Part shown: in pieces, positions 60,267 through 64,000 of the stretch
How positions within the stretch are numbered: position 1 is the first letter of the stretch
Layout: the number at the start of each line of letters is the position of its first letter
Source of the DNA: Candidatus Poribacteria bacterium
Lineage (GTDB): Bacteria; Poribacteria; WGA-4E; WGA-3G
DNA: 64,000 nucleotides
Assembly (NCBI GenBank): GCA_965198235.1
Contig: OZ240248.1
Coordinates: 2,720,001 to 2,784,000, forward strand
Reading direction: 5' to 3'
Notes under the pieces: model-generated
Told to the model about the DNA's origin: nothing
What the model saw: the letters and a program-made list of their open reading frames with translations, nothing else
Database searches by the model: none
Translations under genes and position numbers: made by a program

Positions 60267-61802
60267 CTAAGCAGTTTTAAGTGCTTCGGATTTCCTGTAA
60301 ACGAGTTGCGGAGGTTCATTCTTACGCACGGAGTCTTCGGTAACATGGCACGCTTCAACATCGTCAAGCGACGGGAGGCGATAAAGCGTATCAAGCATAA
60401 TTCTTTCAAAAACAGCCCTTAACCCACGCGCCCCGGTTTCACGTTCAATCACCTCATCTGCAATGGCGGTTAACGCCTCATCAGTCACATGGAATTGCAC
60501 ACCTTCATAAGCCAAAAGATGCTGATATTGCTTCACCAAAGCGTTCTTAGGTTCAGTGAGAATGCGAACGAGAGCTGGTGCATCCAATTCATGAAGGATT
60601 GTGACAACGGGAAGTCGCCCTATCAATTCCGGTATAAAACCGTATTTAATGATATCCTTTGGTGTTACCTGTGCGAGGATTTCATGAATTTTTGTTTCGC
60701 TTTTGGGTTGGATAGGCGAACCGAAGCCGATACTCTGTTTTCCAAGTCTATCTTTAATCGCCTTTTCTAACCCGATAAAGGTCCCACCACAAATGAACAA
60801 CACTTTTTTTGTATTCACCTCAATCATCTCTTGATGTGGATGCTTTCTGCCGCCGCGCGGTGGAACATTCGCTACTGTTCCTTCAAGGATCTTAAGCAAT
60901 GCCTGCTGGACACCTTCACCGGAGACATCGCGAGTAATTGACGGGTTTTCAGATTTTCGTGTAATCTTATCAATTTCATCAATATAAATGATGCCTGTTT
61001 CGGCACGTGCGACATCACCATCTGCGGCTTGGACCAGCTTCAAGATGATATTTTCGACATCTTCACCCACGTAGCCCGCTTCAGTCAGCGTTGTTGCATC
61101 GGTAATAGCAAATGGTACCTCTAACACCTTAGCGAGAGTTTGCGCGAGAAGCGTTTTCCCCGTGCCTGTTGGACCAATAAGTAAAATGTTGCTCTTGTCT
61201 AATTCAACCTCATCAGTCGTGTTGCCATGGTGTAAGCGTTTGTAATGTGTGTAAACGGCAACAGATAACGTCTTTTTGGCATCTTCCTGACCAACTACAT
61301 ATTCATCAAGTTTTGCTTTAATTTCTTCGGGTGAAGGAGGTGCTGCAAATGGGTCTTGTTCATTTTCTGTTTGAGAGTGTGTTGTTCTCGCAAATTCGGT
61401 TTCCATTTGTTCGTGGACACTGCTCCCGCGTGCCCGTGAAGATCTACGTTGGGAACCACCGCCAGATCCTTCCTTTTCGCTCGAACCACCGCTTTTAAAG
61501 TCCTCTATAGAAAAGTCAAGGCTACCATCCGGTTCACGAGTGAGAATATCGTTACAAACAACGATACACTCGGCAAGACATTTCTCACAGATATTCGCGT
61601 CAAGTCCGTTAAAGAGTCTTTCGACTTGCGTATTATCGCGTCTACAAAATGTGCAGGAGGCACTATCTACAGTGGACGCTGACAATCGGACAATACATTC
61701 AACGCAAATATTTGCTTCTCTGCCCTGAAGGAGTCGGCGGACTTGCGTACTGTCCTGTTGACAGAATGAACAGAACAAATCACGATGGATGGATTCGGAC
61801 AT
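60267..61802 (-). CDS. clpX: ClpX with two tandem N-terminal zinc-binding domains
   Basis: [32 protein letters not shown] loop. CSFC...CVEC followed by CTFC...CEKC. Confidence 0.97.
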   Translation of the reverse strand: MSESIHRDLFCSFCQQDSTQVRRLLQGREANICVECIVRLSASTVDSASCTFCRRDNTQVERLFNGLDANICEKCLAECIVVCNDILTREPDGSLDFSIEDFKSGGSSEKEGSGGGSQRRSSRARGSSVHEQMETEFARTTHSQTENEQDPFAAPPSPEEIKAKLDEYVVGQEDAKKTLSVAVYTHYKRLHHGNTTDEVELDKSNILLIGPTGTGKTLLAQTLAKVLEVPFAITDATTLTEAGYVGEDVENIILKLVQAADGDVARAETGIIYIDEIDKITRKSENPSITRDVSGEGVQQALLKILEGTVANVPPRGGRKHPHQEMIEVNTKKVLFICGGTFIGLEKAIKDRLGKQSIGFGSPIQPKSETKIHEILAQVTPKDIIKYGFIPELIGRLPVVTILHELDAPALVRILTEPKNALVKQYQHLLAYEGVQFHVTDEALTAIADEVIERETGARGLRAVFERIMLDTLYRLPSLDDVEACHVTEDSVRKNEPPQLVYRKSEALKTA

Positions 61803-61925
61803 AGAAGTTTCTCCTTTTTTATCCATGTCTAATATGGCACAAGTCTTGCGTAATTCTATCTAACAGCTGTGTAAATCTCGTTGGAACTCTCTTAGGTTAG
61901 ATTCAATACCTATAGCACACCCGAA

Positions 61926-62528
61926 TTAATTCTGCTGTATGGCACGTTGGGAGACGACTTGATCGACGATACCGTATTCAAGTGCTTGTTCAGCAGTCAT
62001 GTAATAGTCGCGGTCGGCATCAACAGCGATCTTCTCAATATCTTGACCCGTATGTTCTGCCAAAATAGAATAAAGTCGGTCGCGTTCATGCAAAATCTCT
62101 TTTGCTTGGATGCTAATATCAGAGGCTTGACCGCCAATGCCGCTCGCCATCGGTTGGTGAATGAGTGCTTTTGCATGTGGGAGCGCGTAGCGTTTCCCAG
62201 GTGCCCCCGCGGCGAGGAGAATAGCCCCCATACTATAAGCTCTACCTAAACACCATGTCTGCACATCAGCTTTGATATACCGCATCGTGTCGTAGATTGC
62301 CAAGCCGGCGGAAACAGAACCACCAGGTGTGTTAATATAGAGCACTATGTCTGCATCTGGGTCCTTCCCCTCAAGGAAAAGCATCTGTGCTGTTACAATG
62401 TTCGCGATGACATCATCATCAATCGGTGTGCCGATCATGATAATTCGATCTTCAAGTAGACGAGAATAGATATCGTATGAGCGTTCGCCTCGGCTGGTTT
62501 GTTCAACGACGATAGGTACAAGGTTCAT
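61926..62528 (-). CDS. clpP: ClpP protease
   Basis: [19 protein letters not shown] (Ser), IHQP (His), DRD (Asp). Confidence 0.98.
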   Translation of the reverse strand: MNLVPIVVEQTSRGERSYDIYSRLLEDRIIMIGTPIDDDVIANIVTAQMLFLEGKDPDADIVLYINTPGGSVSAGLAIYDTMRYIKADVQTWCLGRAYSMGAILLAAGAPGKRYALPHAKALIHQPMASGIGGQASDISIQAKEILHERDRLYSILAEHTGQDIEKIAVDADRDYYMTAEQALEYGIVDQVVSQRAIQQN

Positions 62529-62624
62529 ATTTTGATGGCTTGCTTCGCAGTGAGAACTGTCGGCTTTCAGCAAATGGCTTGCTTCGCAGTGAGAACTATC
62601 TTACTGACTGCTGACGGCTATTCT

Positions 62625-63944
62625 TCAGGTAATGATGAGCGATTGCTTGGCGGAGGCACGGTTAATCAGGAACTGATAAATCTTCTCGTGTTGTAACTGT
62701 CCCCGGAAATCCTCTAATCGGTTGCTTGACTTTAGCAGAGAAGCATATTTTTGGGCATCTCGGTTTTGCTGTTCTGCAGCGCGTCGAATCTCATATTCCA
62801 ATTCATCATCGGATACGAAAACGCCTTCCTTCTCAGCAATTGTCTCGAAAATCCATGACTGTTTTGTTTGTTGAATGACATCTCGACGTAACTCATCGGG
62901 CAGGGTATCCATGTTAATCCCGGCATCTTCAGGACTTCTGTGCTCATTTGTCAGTTGTTGTTTGACGTTCTGAAGCGTATGTTGTACATATTGATCAACT
63001 AAGGGGTCTGGGATGGTAATCTCGATCTTTTCGATGAGTTGTTCCAGCAATTCTGCCTTCTGCTTATCAACGTGTAGACTCGTCTCTTCCTCAACAAGAT
63101 TGTTCCATATCAACCCATAAAGTTGGGAGTAGTTCTCGTACCCGAGGTCTTTGGCAAACTCGTCATCTAAGGCTGGAAGTTGTTTTTGCGTGATAGCGTG
63201 CAGCGTTATTTCGTATTGAGTGGATTTGCCCGCAAGCTCAGCAACACTATGTTCTTGTGGAAATTCAATATCCACGTTATTTGTATCCCCAATCTCCATT
63301 TCAAGTAACGCCTGCTCAAGTTTTTCGTGTATAGCCCCAACGCCGAGTTCTATATCAACATCTTGCCGCGATTCGGTATCAACTCGATTCCCGTCGAGTA
63401 AGCATTCCCAATCTATCCGAACACAGTCTTCCTCTTGGACCGGACGTTCAACATCAAGCGGTTCATAAGTTGCAGATTGCGCTTGCAACCGCGTAATATA
63501 GGCATCAACATCTTCACGGGGCACGTCAACAGGGTTTTTATCGGTTACGAGTTCATCATAATTCGGAAGGCTGATACTGGGTCGAATGTCTACAGTGGCT
63601 GAGAACGTGAAAGGCTCGTTTTCCTTGACTTGCAATTCATTAAGTGGCGGTGTGAAAGTGGGTTGTGTGAGTGGGTTGAGCCGCTCGTTATAGATTGCAT
63701 CTTCGTAGGCAGGAGCGACAAGATACCGAACAGCTTCGCTATTGACGTACTCAGGAAATCGTGATTTGAGGATTGCTACGGGGACACGACCTTTTCGGAA
63801 ACCCGGAATAGAGACTTGGGTACGTAACGACTCGCAAGTTTCCACCAGTGCTGCATTGACATCTTCAGAAGGAATCTCTATGTCCAAACGGACTCTTGTG
63901 GTCTCTAACCTTTCAATTTGAACTTTCAAGTTTTCTGTCCTCAC
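62625..63944 (-). CDS. tig: Trigger factor
   Basis: IPGFRKGRVP signature, FKBP-like middle domain, LDDEFAK. Lies upstream of clpP. Confidence 0.96.
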   Translation of the reverse strand: MRTENLKVQIERLETTRVRLDIEIPSEDVNAALVETCESLRTQVSIPGFRKGRVPVAILKSRFPEYVNSEAVRYLVAPAYEDAIYNERLNPLTQPTFTPPLNELQVKENEPFTFSATVDIRPSISLPNYDELVTDKNPVDVPREDVDAYITRLQAQSATYEPLDVERPVQEEDCVRIDWECLLDGNRVDTESRQDVDIELGVGAIHEKLEQALLEMEIGDTNNVDIEFPQEHSVAELAGKSTQYEITLHAITQKQLPALDDEFAKDLGYENYSQLYGLIWNNLVEEETSLHVDKQKAELLEQLIEKIEITIPDPLVDQYVQHTLQNVKQQLTNEHRSPEDAGINMDTLPDELRRDVIQQTKQSWIFETIAEKEGVFVSDDELEYEIRRAAEQQNRDAQKYASLLKSSNRLEDFRGQLQHEKIYQFLINRASAKQSLIIT

Positions 63945-64000
63945 GCCAGGCGTTCAAAGCCCGAATACTTTAAATCAGAACTCACTCTTATGTTGCTTCG

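Overview
Bacterial chromosomal window. The gene mix (Uma2, NIPSNAP, a DUF6785-like membrane protein, CotH-ankyrin, a C25 peptidase, dense short repeats) suggests a sponge symbiont such as Candidatus Poribacteria; this is inference only. The left ~38 kb is defence-rich. It holds the 3' end of a type I R-M HsdR and a WYL regulator, followed by an atypical class 1 type I CRISPR-Cas locus. That locus encodes an HD-less Cas8/Cas10d-like large subunit with a probable internal Cas11 start, a Csc2-like Cas7, Cas5, a stand-alone HD nuclease, a helicase-only Cas3', Cas6, a Cas4-Cas1 fusion and Cas2, with 56 identical 37-bp repeats plus one degenerate repeat. After hflKC, a membrane protein, yjjX and an IS4-family element, there is a six-gene minus-strand operon: PLD-SNF2 helicase, N6-MTase, OLD-like ATPase, membrane protein, SAMHD1-like HD hydrolase and wHTH protein. 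The right part has a decayed TIGR04255-type cassette, metabolic genes, a 2.2-kaa C25 peptidase and tig-clpP-clpX-lon. The most notable observations are the hybrid I-D/I-A-like cas architecture, a tandem pair of covarying ~99-nt structured RNAs divergent from the cas operon, and an in-frame tail ending in the beta-clamp motif QLSLF just beyond the cas3' stop codon. All family calls come from motifs recognised by eye; no searches were run.
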